DNA from: Mytilus edulis
Lineage: Eukaryota
Length of the DNA: 64,000 nt
Reading direction: 5' to 3'
Assembly: GCF_963676685.1 (NCBI RefSeq)
Contig: NC_092351.1
Location: 22,878,001 to 22,942,000 of the forward strand
Shown: in pieces, positions 1-12,689 of the stretch
Layout of the letters: every line of letters starts with the position of its first letter
How positions within the stretch are numbered: position 1 is the first letter of the stretch
The notes under the pieces: generated by a model
Seen by the model: the letters and a program-made list of their open reading frames with translations, nothing else
Databases searched by the model: none
Told to the model about the DNA's origin: nothing
Made by a program: the position numbers and the translations under genes

Positions 1-56
1 TAAATATAAAGCTAAGTAATGCTATGCTTTTAATCATATTTCTCCGACATTTCTAT

Positions 57-1868
57 TTTTAGCTCACCTGGCCCGAAGGGCCAAGTGAGCTTTTCCCATC
101 ACTTTGCGTCCGTCGTCCGTCGTCCGTCGTCGTCCTGCGTCCGTCGTCGTCCTGCGTCCGTCGTCGTTAACTTTTACAAAAATCTTCTCCTCTGAAACTA
201 CTTGGCCAAATTTAACCAAACTTGGCCACAATCATCATTGGGGTATCTAGTTTAAAAAATGTGTCCGGTGACCCGGCCAACCAACCAAGATGGCCGCCAT
301 GGCTAAAAATAGAACATAGGGGTAAAATGCAGTTTTTGGCTTATAACTCAAAAACCAAAGCATTTAGAGCAAATCTGACAAAAGGATAATATTGTTCATC
401 AGGTTAAGATCTATCTGCCTTGAAATTTTCAGATGAATCGTACATTCCGTTGTTGGGTTGCTGCCCCTGAAATGGTAATTGTAAGGAAATTTTGCTGTTT
501 TTGGTTATTATCTTGAATATTATTATAGATAGAGATAAACTGTAAACAGCAATAATGTTCAGCAAAGTAAGATCTACAAATAAGTCAACATGACCAAAAT
601 GGTCAGTTGACCACTTTAGGAGTTATTGCCCTTTATAGTCAAGTTTTAACCATTTTTCGTAAATCTTAGTAATCTTTTAGAAAAATCTTCTCCTCTGAAA
701 CTACTGGGCCAAATTTAACCAAACTTGGCCATAATCATCATTGGGGTATCTAGTTTAAAAAATGTGTCCAGTGCCCCGCCAAACCAACCAAGATGGCCGC
801 CATGGCTAAAAATAGAACATAGGGATAAAATGCAGTTTTTGGCTTATAACTCAAAAACCAAAGCATTTAGAGCAAATCTGACACGAGTAAAATTGTTCAT
901 CAGGTCAAGATCTATTTGCCCTGAAATTTTAGATTAATCGGACATTCTGTTGTTGGGTTGCTGCCCCTGAAATGGTAATTTTAAGGAAATTTTGCTGTTT
1001 TTGGTTATTATCTTGAATATTATTATAGATAGAGATAAACTGTAAACAGCAATATTGTTCAGCAAAGTAAGATCTACAAATAAGTCAACATGACCAAAAT
1101 GGTCAGTTGACCACTTTAGGAGTTATTGCCCTTTATAGTCAAGTTTTAACCATTTTTCGTAAATCTTAGTAATCTTTTAGAAAAATCTTCTCCTCTGAAA
1201 CTACTGGGCCAATTTAACCAAACTTGGCCATAATCATCATTGGGGTATCTAGTTAAAAAAATTTGTCCGGTAACTCGGCCAACAAACCAAGATGGCCTCC
1301 ATGGCTAAAAATAGAACATGGGGGTAAAATGCAGTTTTTGGCTTATAACTCAAAAACCAAAGCATTAAGAGCAAATCTGACAGGATGTAAAATTGTTGAT
1401 CAGGTCAGGATCTATCTGCCCTGGAATTTTCAGATGAATTGGATAATCGGTTGTTAGGTTGCTGCCCCTGAATTGGTAATTTTGAGGAAATTTTGCTGTT
1501 TTTTTGTTATTATCTTGAATATTATTATAGATAGAGATAAACTGTAAACAGCAATAATGTACAGCAAAGTAAGAACTAAAAATAAGTCAGTATGACCAAA
1601 ATAGTCAATTGACCCCCTAAGGAGTTATTGCCCTTCATAGTCAATTTTTAACAATTTTCTTAAAATTTGAAGATTTTCAATAACAATTACCACAGAAAGT
1701 ACTGTTAGAGATAGAGATAATTGTAAGCAGCAAGAATGTTTAGTAAAGTAAGATCTACAAACACATCACCATCACCAAAACACAATTTTGTCATGAATCC
1801 ATCTGTGTCCATTGTTTAATATTCACATAGACCAAGGTGAGCGACACAGGCTCTTTAGAGCCTCTAGT
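57..1868 (+). mobile_element. Helentron-associated non-autonomous element (HINE) carrying three ~500-bp internal tandem repeats
   Basis: 5' subTIR/hairpin agctcacctgg...ccaagtgagct (61-91); (cgtc/cgt)n microsatellite ~108-166; ~500-bp units starting aatcttctcctctgaaactact at 181, 684, 1184; 3' subTIR ccaaggtgagc (1832-1842) followed by palindrome aggctctttagagcct (1848-1863); flanked by T-runs. This is the standard HINE layout. Confidence 0.85.
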
Positions 1869-1948
1869 TTTCTAAGATTCAAATATATAAATTCGAAATA
1901 TCATTTCATCCCTTTAAAACATTATAACAACAAAAAGTCATTTTTAAC

Positions 1949-1950
<2 letters not shown>

Positions 1951-2042
<92 letters not shown>
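1951..2042. repeat. (CT)46 microsatellite
   Basis: Perfect CT dinucleotide run; explains the SLSL... ORF at 1812-2138. Confidence 0.99.
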
Positions 2043-2045
<3 letters not shown>

Positions 2046-2060
2046 CTTTCTATATTGTGT

Positions 2061-2246
2061 TTTTACTGTTGTTTAAATTTTGAGTGTGTTTTACTGTTGT
2101 TTATATTTCGAGTGTTTTTACTGTTGTTTATATTTTGAGTGTTTTTTACTGTTGTTTATATTTCGAGTAGTTTTACTGTTGTTTATATTTCGAGTAGTTT
2201 TACTGTTGTTTATATTTCGATTATTTTACTGTTGTTTATATTTCGA
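2061..2246. repeat. ~27-29 bp minisatellite, about 7 copies
   Basis: Unit ttttactgttgtttatatttcgagt(a/g)(g/t) repeated in tandem. Confidence 0.9.
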
Positions 2247-2512
2247 TCGTTTTTAGTTTGAATACTTCTTTGATATCATTCACTTCTCTTTGATAAGTAC
2301 GTTCTTGTCGAAATAAAGATACACGAACAATGATCTTGTGCTATAAATTGATACACTACACATTATATACCTGTTCCTTTAGATATATCGAACATAACGT
2401 CGAAGTAACGACATAACTTTTCTAAAAATCAAGTATAAAACGATTGGAATGTCCGTACTTTCGACCGTTTGCCCTTCCATCCATAATTTGTATCCGTTTC
2501 AAATTTTGCTAG

Positions 2513-2780
2513 CCACCAAACCAGGTTCAACCCACCATCTTTTCTTTACATGTGCTGTACCAAGTCAGGAAAATGGCAATTGTTGTCTAATAATAGTTTG
2601 TTTCTGTTTGTGTTGCATTGTCGTTTTGGTTTTTTGTTACACTTTAGTGTTTCTGTTGTTTCGTTGGTTTCCTCTTATATTTGATGTGTTTCCCTCAGTT
2701 TAAGTTTGTAACCCGGGTTTGTTTTTTCTTAATCGATTTATTACTTTCGAACAGCGGTATACTACTGTTGCTTTTATTTA
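2513..2780 (+). mobile_element. Fragment of an abundant interspersed repeat (probable Penelope-like element terminal region)
   Basis: Shares ccaggttcaacc and cagcggtatactactgttgc blocks with the reverse-orientation copy at 52161-52990; shorter pieces at ~14640-14765, ~28381-28465 and ~62050-62130. Confidence 0.65.
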
Positions 2781-3514
2781 GAATCCTCGATAATTCTAAT
2801 TTTGTGAACTTTCACACAACCTCACTCACAAGCCATACTTACAAAGAGATTTTTGAGACAATGGTTAAAGTGGACAAATGATATCTGTACATCTTTTGTA
2901 TCGATCGACAAACACATGTAGAAGATTTTAATCACATGCCATTGCTAGACAGAAATAGAGAACCGAACTCGGTTATAAAAAATAAGCGCTGCAATTATTC
3001 TGAAATCTATTTCTTTGCTTACCATTCATAAGCTGTAACCTAACCAAAGTGTTGAAATGGGGGTACCTGCATGACGAATAACGATAAAAAAAATCTTGCC
3101 AAAATTAAATTACGTTAACAGTATTTTTTGTTGCATAAAATAGAATATACATTTTCATTACAACAAACAACACATTGATTGCTTTTGACGATTTGAAAAG
3201 AGAATAACAGTAACGGATAATAATTATTATTTGCCGGATCTCAATCTCAGCTGAATCACAGTAAGAAAATTTTGACTAATCATGATTTTGACGCTAAAAA
3301 AAGCCGAGAATGACCGTTTGACACCTGACGGTTAATGGCATTTCTACAATTAAAAAAAACCGTAAATTGTATCTGTTTAAGTACTTACAATGCGTTATAT
3401 TTACTTTGATACCAAGAAAGAATATTCCGATTAATATGTTATAGTTTTTACAGAATATTGCTTTCATGTGCACCATTTTTGAGTTTTAGTTTAATTTGTT
3501 GTGAAATGTCTAAT

Positions 3515-5172
3515 ATAGGACTTTCCAGTTTTTTTTATTTTTGTTTTGTTTTGTTTTTTGTTTTGTTTTTATTGTTTACTTTTAGTACATACCAGCTGTT
3601 TATAATCATGACACATTCTGAAACGGAAGTGATAATAGTTAATTGAATGAAATAAATTTGAGGATATTTAACAAAAAATATTATATTCCTTTGTTCCGAT
3701 ATCGATTGCGGTGTACATACACTTTCAGAACCCAGTGCTTTTAGCTAGTTCCTTATAGAAATTAACATTAACTTTGGAAGAAAAAAACATATGAAAATAG
3801 TGGAATTAACTCTATTTTGATTGTAAAAAAATCTTTGGATGTTTTAGATAAATTACGTGCATTTGAAGGTGCTTTTAGTGCTGTTGACAGTTTTGACTTT
3901 TCAACTCTTAACAATACACTTCAACACAATCTTATCAAACAAAAGTTGTCCTATTAAATTAAATTGTCGTTTGAGAAATCTAATTATAAATATTTAATTA
4001 TAAATATATTTAAGACTTTCCAGTATATTTTAGTTTTTACTTTTTTTGTATTTGTTTTTTTTGTATTGTTTACCTTTTATTTCATACCAGTTATTTATAA
4101 TCATGACGACATTATAAAAAGGAACTTATAATGGATAATTGAATAACTTGCGGGTATTTAACGAAAATATTATATTTCTTTGTTCCGATTGCAGTGTACA
4201 TAAACTTTTAAAAGCCAGTGCTTTTAGCTAGTTCCTTAAAGAAATTAACATTAACTTTGGAAGAAAAAAACATATGAAAATAGTGGAATTAACTCTATTT
4301 TGAATGTAAAAAAATCTTTAAATGTTTTAGATAAATTACGTGCATTTGAAGGTGATTTGATGCCGTTGACAGTTTTGACTTTTCAACTCTTCACAATACA
4401 CTTCAACACAATCTTATAAAACAAAAGTTGTCCTATTAAATTAAATTGTCGTTTGATAAATCTAATTGCAAATATATATAGGACTTTCCAGTATTTTTTA
4501 GTTTTTAGTTTTTTTGTATTTTTTTGTATTTTTTATTGTTTACCTTTTATTTCATACCAGTTATTTATAATCATGACGACATTATTAAAAGGAAGTTATA
4601 ATGGATAATTGAATAACTTGAGGGTATTTAACCAAAATATTATATTTCTTTGTTCCGATTACGTGTACATAAATTTTAAAATTTCAGTGCTTTTAGCCAG
4701 TTCCTAAACGACTACCAAAGATATTAATATTAACCGTGGAAAAAAAAACATATGAGAAAAAAGGAATAAACTATATTTGGAATGAAAAAAGTTTTGGATG
4801 TATTAGATGAATTACGTGCTTTTGAAGGTCTATTACTTTGTTGACTTTTCAAATCTGAATAATGCAATTCCACACAATCTTAATTTCACAAACACAATGG
4901 TTCTTGTGAAAATAAATGTTTCATTAAATCTGATTGCAAATATATTTGATGCAATTCGTGTAAAGCCTTCATCTCTATTCAGAAAAGAAAATATGCCACT
5001 CTGATATTTTTCCTGGAGTTGTAATGAGATAATAAAAGCTGTTAATTTTCTCTTTGATAACGTGTATGTACGTCAAGACAATACAGTTTATAGACAGGAT
5101 GTAGATATTTCTATGGGCAAAAATAGCGCACCATTTATTGCAGACTAGTTTTTGTACTTTTATGAATCACAA
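3515..5172 (+). pseudogene. Degenerate Penelope-like reverse transcriptase (family B, N-terminal half) with internal ~470-495 bp triplication
   Basis: Broken frames read LDVLDKLRAFEG..VDSFDFSTL (RT motif A) at ~3835, ~4318 and (more decayed) ~4795; then DNVYVR..VYRQDVDISMGKNSAPFIAD*FLYFYESQ (motif B) at 5056-5172. Repeat units start gactttccagt at ~3519, ~4014, ~4482. Confidence 0.8.
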
Positions 5173-5361
5173 AGATGGTTGACGAGTAGAAATGCAGACA
5201 TACGGGGAATTAAGGGTATCTATTTTGTGAAAAAAAATCTGCAGGAGGGCTTTACTGTATAACATTGCAAAAAACAAAAAAGATTAGGTAACTGAAAATC
5301 AATTGATATTTGTAACTATTTTCAATATTCAGCTGAATTAAATATCATATATTTCTGTTGA

Positions 5362-5708
5362 ACCGTGGTGTAGTGGTTAGTTCATCGGAATACAAACACA
5401 AAGGTTCCTGGTCCAATTCCCGTTTCGAGATGAAAATTTCAGGGACTGAATTTGCGGCTCCCTTGACCTATTTGCGAGTGTGGTCTTGAGGAAACGATGA
5501 TAGTCCGTCGGAAGGGGATGATAAATGGCAGACCCGTGATCAGAGAGAGCCATATCTCTTGCATGTTAACGTTAAAGACACCCTTGTAGATTTCGAAAAA
5601 AAGCAGGATAATACCGCTACAAGGCAGCACTCGCACCCGCAAAGTGGAAAGGGATTAATATAAGTTGTAAAACTTCTTTCCCAATCCACTATAAATAAAT
5701 ATGTTTAA
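5362..5708 (+). mobile_element. tRNA-derived SINE with Deu/Nin-like central domain
   Basis: tRNA-like head with A box tggtgtagtgg and degenerate B box ggtccaattcc; central ccgtcggaaggggatgataaatggc...gttaaagacaccc...ttcgaaaaaaagcagg resembling the Deu/Nin SINE core; AT-rich tail. Confidence 0.75.
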
Positions 5709-5934
5709 TCGAAGCTAAGCATTTATAGACAAAACACTGGTTTTCTTATTATCCTTCAGCACCTTGTTTACAAAAAGTAAAGTTTAATGAATCAAAAGCA
5801 GTAATAGTCTTTCCTAGTTTATATTTAAAAATCTGAATTTACAATTGTGAAATTACAATATCAATATTATAAATACATGTAATAGTTTTTTTCCTACTGA
5901 ACATTTTGTTCTTTGATTTATACATTTTTTCACA

Positions 5935-8900
5935 TTAAACACGTCCGCTCTTATTTATATACTGCATTCTCTGAAATTATAAAATATAGTATTTATGAAA
6001 AAGGTAGACAAAACAACAACATATTTGACATTTCTTGGAGATGATAATCTTTAAACCTAAACGGAATCATTCAATTTATTTGCTTCAGTGCCACATAGTT
6101 CATATTAGGTTTGAAATAAAGCATGTATACGTTTCTTAATACGAATTTCTAAAGTATGTTTTAAAAGACAAACACAGAACATATGTACGTATGCAGAATG
6201 TAAAAAAGGGGGGTATAAAAATCATACAAAGGAAAACTATAGTCTGATTTAATTTTATTCGATATCAATCTGCACTCTGAATTTCCGACTGTACATATTT
6301 CCTGTTTTGAAGAACGTTTTGCATCACTTGTTTACATCGTCAAGGGTGCTTTAATACACGCCCGAGTTCCAAGGTCACCAAAGCTATTTTTGAGAAGACC
6401 CCCAAAAGCGACTGTTTCCAAGGCACTCGTCGTAAGAAACATGCGTTAAAATATACGCACTGTTAAAGGGCCGAGCCACCTTAAGTGATTGTGAGTGAAG
6501 ACAATCATTATGTATATTTAATTATTTACCTAAAACCTTATGCATATTCTATTCACAAAACTGTCCAGGAAAAAATCAACCTAGTTTTCTCTTTTATAGT
6601 GACGAACTTAAAAATATATTAACTTATAAATACTCTTTATCGAGACACGATTGATAATGTACAGCAGAAATGGTTAATTTCGGTGCTCTTATTTGTTAAT
6701 ATAATGACTAACAATCACATTAAAGTTAAATGTGATACACTTCCCACCTCGATACAGAACCCATTATACTGATTCCTACTTTTAAAAAGTGAAATAATCT
6801 ATTACAGTTACTATACTTTAGGCAAATTACGTGTATTATCCATTTATTTTATGATACATGAAAATTTTGTAATTTTCACTAGCTTTTCATAAACTATGAC
6901 AACCCATAGCAAAATGTGATAATATTAGCAACGGGTGTTAATGCCTAAAATAAACAACCGCCTGGGCCTGGTGATTGTCAAATCGGAACAATGTACATTG
7001 ATACATTTGGAAAACAAAATTTGGCGCAAATGATACCCCTGAAACACAGTAATTGGGGCAAAAGGACTGCTGCCCCACGCTACGGCCGAGGTTTACCGAT
7101 TCTTATTTCTAAATCATTTGTATCATTTTGTTGTAGTTATTAGTAAACTATCTTAATTTATGACTTTATTTATTTTACAGTTGTTGTAATACGGTGCAGG
7201 AAATGCTTACCCTTCCGGAGCACCTGATTTCACTCCCGGTTTTTAATGGAGTTCTTGTTGTTTCTTATTTATTATTTATAACTGTTGATGTAAATGTCCT
7301 TTGGTTTTGTGAGTCTTTGTTTACTCCTTGGTTTTGATTGTTATTGCCTAATAACATAGTGTACACTTAAATCATAAGGCATCAAGTATAATAAAAACAA
7401 AACAATCTGCCTTACGCTCGATGAAAAAGTTATCAACCGAGACTTCGTATACGGATTTTTGTCCTCTCATGTGTTAATCTACCCTTAAACCGACATCCAA
7501 GGGCAGTATGGTTATAGTATAAATTGAAATTTTACATGCATACGTGTGTAATCTTTAAACCTACCGGAGAAACTGTTCCCGCTCGATTACACTCTGGTGG
7601 GATATCAAACACTGAAGGGTCTTTTATTCCTTCGGTGATTCCCATGAAGCCAACATCGGCAAAGCCGTTGGTCAATGGCAGATGTTCTCCAACAGGAACA
7701 CATGATCCTTTAGTGACACTAAATTCCATTTTCTTACCATTTACGAGAAATCCATAAATATCAATCTCGTTTTTGTTGTCTCCAGAACCATAATAGGTAG
7801 AAAGCACTAGTTTAGCATCAGCTGAAATAACAAAAATAGTTTCCTTAATATGCTTTATAAATTTATACCGTATATACCCACGGTCTCTTGAGAAAAGACA
7901 ATCTGTTTTATAAAGTTATACCGTATATACCCACGGGCTCTTGAGAAAAGACAATCTGTTTACCATTGCAAAACCTTTGTGATGATTAAACCCCCAGTTT
8001 ATCAAGAATTATATGTAGTATGTTTTCTAGGGTATTCCGACTTCTGTTTTCTTTGAAAAGATTAATATTTGAGTCCTATCAGTTGCATTTATAATAAAAC
8101 ATTGAAATAAGTAAAATATGTGGGATACATTTAAAGTTGAAAGTGAAAGTATTGATTTGGCTAAAATGAAAGTACGGTAGAAATTAGCCTTCGACACTTT
8201 TTCAAGGTTCAAATCCTACCATTGGCATGTTAATATGACTCCAAAAAGAAAAAGCAGAGATGAATAGTCCTGGAACAACCATAAGTTATTAGAATAATAA
8301 TGGGCTATAAACAGGTAAATTTATTTCATGTATGAACCGGTGCAAAGGTTTTAATTCAATTTTACTTTTACAAAGAAATTCATTCTCACTATTGATGTGA
8401 TTGATTGTAGCTGAAGGTCTTATTGTCTGTACAATTTGTTTCATACTAGTTAATTTCCTTTTCTGAATGTCTACATGTATAAGATAACAATAAATTCAAA
8501 ATGCAGCTAACGAACTATGTGTATATGTCAACACTGGACAAAACTCACAAGGTAAACAGTTAATTTCCCCTGGATATGATGGTAAATCGGTTGTCATACA
8601 TTTTCCGCTATAAACAGAGTAAATTTTGCCCTGCAATACACGAAAGAATATGTAAGCGTTTAATTCAAATTGTCTTTCAATATATAGTTCTAACTTATCA
8701 TAATCCATGATGTAAAAGCAATTTAAAGTTTTAAAGATCACTTTGAAAGAAGACGATAAAAAAGGTAAAAAACAACCCAAATCAAGATTAAAAACTAATG
8801 TGTAGGTACAACCAAACTTGCAACACTTGATTATAGTGTGCGCAAGTATTATATAAACGTAAGAGGAATTTTAAAAGCAGTTCAGACTAAATTACAGTTT

Positions 8901-11900
8901 TTTTTTTATAAAAATGTTAAGGGATAGACTTCTTTTAGTGTACGACAATATTTAAAAAAAAAAATTGTACGAATGTGTGTTTACCACATGAAGAGTGTAC
9001 CAGTGAAACAGGATCTACCCACCCTTCCGCCCTTCCGGATCACACCCGTTTTTTTAGTAGTTCTGTTTGTTTAGTCTTTGGTTTTTTATTATGTTGTGGT
9101 TTTAAAATTGTTTTCATTTTTGTCGTATTTTGTTTTAAATTGACGTTTTTTTCGACTTGTGAGTTTTGAATATCAAATAATTTGTATGTGTAATAACGAG
9201 ACTTACAGCTGAATAATCGTTGAGAATATGTTGTTTAATTCGCTGACCGTTCCACATGCTATATCCGCTGCTAACTACTTTGTTTATGTTGGCATCCACA
9301 GATATATTCAAAAGTTCCTAGAAAATTCAAAGTAGATTATCATTTGAATATACCATATACTTTATATACCTGGAGTGATATATATTCAAATTTTTCGAGA
9401 TAATTTAAGATTGAATACCATGAAACCTATACACTAAAAAGTCATGTTCAAAAATCAATAAGCCGTTACTGTCACCAAAATAGCAATGAACGTGTTTCTC
9501 GTAAGTAGATCCCGAATTAGACATGTGTTAGACTTTGTGGGAGTTTATCGCTACATTGAAGACCCATTGGTGGCCTTCGGCTGTTGTCTGCTCTATGGTC
9601 GAGTTGTTGTCGCTTTGACACATTCCCCATTTCCTTTCTAAAATTTATTTGATGATTTCTATTAGTATTCATGGACTTACATAAAGAAAGGAACATAATA
9701 TTTTCACTTAGAAACAAATTAAAGAGATACATAGAAGTAATCAGTTTATATAATGAAATTTGCTAGATATTGTAAATTAGAAAATGTAAAAATGGATGTA
9801 CCTTAAAAGAGGGACCAAAGATACCAAAGGGACAGTCAAACTCATAAATCTAAAACAAACTGACAACGCCATGGCTAAAAATAAAAAAAGACGAAAAATC
9901 ATCAGCACACATGACACAACATAGAAAACTAAAGAATAAACAACACGAACCCCACCAAAAACTGGGGGTGATCTCAGGTGTTCCGGAAGGGTAAGCAGAT
10001 CCTGCTCCACATGTGGCACCCGTCGTGTTGCTTATGTAATAACAAATCCGATAAATAGTCTAATTCGGTAGGTCACATTCATGAGAGGGAAGGAGATTGT
10101 AGTTACGACGTAAGGAACATATCCGATATCATTTGTGAAACGGTTATTCCATAACGGCCAACCAACTCGTGATGGCGTCCGTAAAATTTACGAAGGGATG
10201 ATTTCAACTTCACAATTTTGAACTCTTGGTTTAATAGCTTCCTTGTGAGAAGCAACCCTCTATCAAGAAAATCATGATAGGAAATGCAAGCACGGGAATA
10301 TCGTATCAATTGGGAGATACCCCGTATACAGGTGCTGCTGGAATATTGCTACTTAGAAATGGAAAGTTCACAATTGGAAAGCTGAAATCATCTCTTTTGT
10401 CGTAAAGTTTTATTTTCAATCGACCTTCATTGTAAATTTCTAGATGTAAGTCAAGATATGAGGCCGACTTAACTGTATCTGTAGTATCCCTTATCTCTAG
10501 CTCGATGGGATAGATGCGTTCCACATAGTCACCAAATTTTGAATTATTTAGTGAAAGAACATCATCTATATAGCGGAAAGTAGAGTTAAAGGATATTGCT
10601 AACTTCTTATCTTTCTTCCTAAGAAGTTCCTGCATGAAGTCAGCCTCATAATAATACAGAAACAAGTCGGCAAGAAGAGGGGCACAGTTTGTTCCCATTG
10701 GAATGCCGACAGTCTGTTGAAAAACACGTCCTACGAACGTAACAAATATGTTGTCAATCAAGAAATCAAGCATCTTGATAATATCAGTTTCAGAGAATTT
10801 TTTGTTTGAATCAGAGTGATCCTTTACAAAGTAGGATTTATCCCTCCCTAAGACAAGATATTTGTATCTACGTTGACCATTCTTTTTTATGAAGCAAAGC
10901 AATACCAACTCTTTCAATTTGTCTCTTAGTTTGGAATGTGGAATACTTGTATAAAGAATAGAAAAGTCAAATGTTTTAATACTGTTACAAGATGAAAGAG
11001 AGTTAGATTGTATGTACTCTAAAAGATCTTTGGAATTTTTAAGTATCCACATCTTATTCACGTCCCCTTCTAGAATAGGCAGTTTCACAATAACTTTGAA
11101 GCCCGTCTTTGATTGCTGATAAAATAAATGTTAATAATTTAGAAAGAGATTTCGTGGAGCACTAGGAAGACCCAGCAATATACCGTTTTTTGTAAGGACA
11201 CTTATGTAGTTTAGGTATCCAATACAGTGATGGAAGATCCAGTTCTTCATCTTTGGTTGAAATTCCAAAGGAACACAGAACAGACCTATGATTCTCCAGG
11301 ATTTCCTCTTTAGTATGTGTCGTGAGGGTATATGTTGATTTGTCAATACCTAATTCGTTTATCAAGCAGTTAATGTAATGAGTTTTACACACACAGACGA
11401 TGTTGTTTGGGGCTTTATCTGCGGGGACAACAACATATTTGTCATGGAGCTAGAATATGTGTTTTGCAATATTTGGGTCTTTAAAGATTGACGTAGCATG
11501 GGCATTGATAGACCCATTCAGTTAAACATTCTTTCCAAATGCAACTGAATTATAATATTCCTCTTTAATACAACAGAAGGAAACTATTCGAAAAAGTTTG
11601 CGTATAGTTTACTTTGACATAACTAAAATTTAGCCAAATTTGATAAAAAGGCTTACTTTATATTTGTCTAAAAGTAGTACTTAGTATGATGTGATAAAAA
11701 CTACGTAGTTAAATTCTATTTGTACTAATAATGTAGTGAATAATGAATGACACTGAGCAAATTTAAAACAAACAGGTAAAGTGCATTTGTTTATTTTTCT
11801 TCTTTTCATTTTATGAATAACTTTCTTATTTTTTACATTATCTAAAAGGAAAAAGTAAAATAATAAAAATACCGCACTCTTATGGAGAATCCTATACAGA

Positions 11901-12168
11901 AATTCTATAATCAAATTGCAAAATCAAAAGCCCATATACAGCAAACAAATAAATAACTCCAATGTTGTTTTCTTACATGTATGTTCACAGTTTAACTATA
12001 AGGCATGCATTCGTCGGATTTTAAAAATAAAAGAAGAGTATACTTTCTCTACCCTCTCCACCGGGTTCATTGACCTGGGCTCCTGCAGACACACCCTCAT
12101 ACCTCCTCCCTCTGGGCAGGAGGACGCTAACTGAAAAAAAAACCGGAAAATACGGCGATAGTTAACAT
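5935..12168 (-). pseudogene. EPDR: Ependymin-related gene copy 1: exon 1 disabled, exons 2-5 open
   Basis: Exon 1 ~12047-12168 (frameshift with TAG at codon 14, 11-bp deletion removing the Cys-Cys codons, donor GTGAG changed to GAAAG). Exon 2 9207-9317 ELLNISVDANINKVVSSGYSMWNGQRIKQHILNDYSA. Exon 3 8549-8630 GKIYSVYSGKCMTTDLPSYPGEINCLP. Exon 4 7565-7821 SDAKLVLSTYYG...GSCVPVGE...GITEGIKDPSVFDIPPEC...TVSP. Putative exon 5 5935-5970 RMQYINKSGRV*. Exons 2-4 have GT-AG boundaries and the same phases as copy 2. Confidence 0.85.
9808..11521 (-). mobile_element. 5'-truncated Penelope-like retroelement (family A) in intron 1 of EPDR copy 1
   Basis: RT motifs KTFDFSILYTSIPH, QTVGIPMGTNCAPLLADLFL, RYIDD, YLDL, LYDKRDDF; ORF ends ..RKFYGRHHELV..MFLTS* with no C-terminal endonuclease; frameshifts and a stop present; absent from the equivalent intron of copy 2; ttaaa at both junctions (9803-9807, 11522-11526). 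Confidence 0.9.
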
Positions 12169-12226
12169 TATTCGTTTATCAATAGTGACTACTGAGATAC
12201 TTTTGAACAGAACTTTAACCAGAGTA

Positions 12227-12232
12227 TTTATA
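12227..12232 (-). promoter_or_regulatory. TATA box of EPDR copy 1
   Basis: TATAAA on the minus strand ~30 nt upstream of an Inr-like TCAGT and ~60 nt upstream of the ATG; same position in copy 2. Confidence 0.6.
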
Positions 12233-12689
12233 GTAGTATCTTATCAATGCAAATTCTAGCGATACGTGGAGTGACAGTCATATACCGTATTGACCTTCAC
12301 TGTAGATTGTGTTCAAAATCATTCATAGTTATTTCAAAATATCTTACTTGGAAATTCCGTTTGTTAATCGTCCTATTAATTGACAATGTATACAATCAAG
12401 GCTTAACTTGAAGAAGATTTTATTACATTTTGTATCCTTGGAATGATAGTTAATACTTTAATAATCATTCATATGTTTTAATTGGCTTTATATTGGTATC
12501 ATTAGCTAAAAGAAGTAAAGGGTTCTAAACTAACTAATCCATAACAAACCCAACTAGGACACAGGCAATGCATCGAGTAAAGCGTACACATTAGAAGCAA
12601 ATTAAAACGATCTCCAGTTTTAGAATTACAATAAAATACTTTACACATTTTAAAACATTAAATATTCCAACAAATTTGGCCGTTATTAG

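Noticed and set aside
725-1457. Two similar ORFs with PRWPPWLKIEH
   Set aside because: Chance frames in HINE tandem units; frame not preserved between units.
1812-2138. 108-aa ORF with a Ser-Leu repeat and hydrophobic tail
   Set aside because: Translation of the (CT)n microsatellite and adjacent minisatellite.
5362-5435. tRNA gene
   Set aside because: Degenerate B box, no proper acceptor stem, and it continues into a SINE body.
10040-10090. SECIS-like ATGA..AA..GA pattern in the Penelope-like 3' region
   Set aside because: Helix II does not pair convincingly, and the visible RT has no conserved in-frame TGA (its stops are TAG point mutations).
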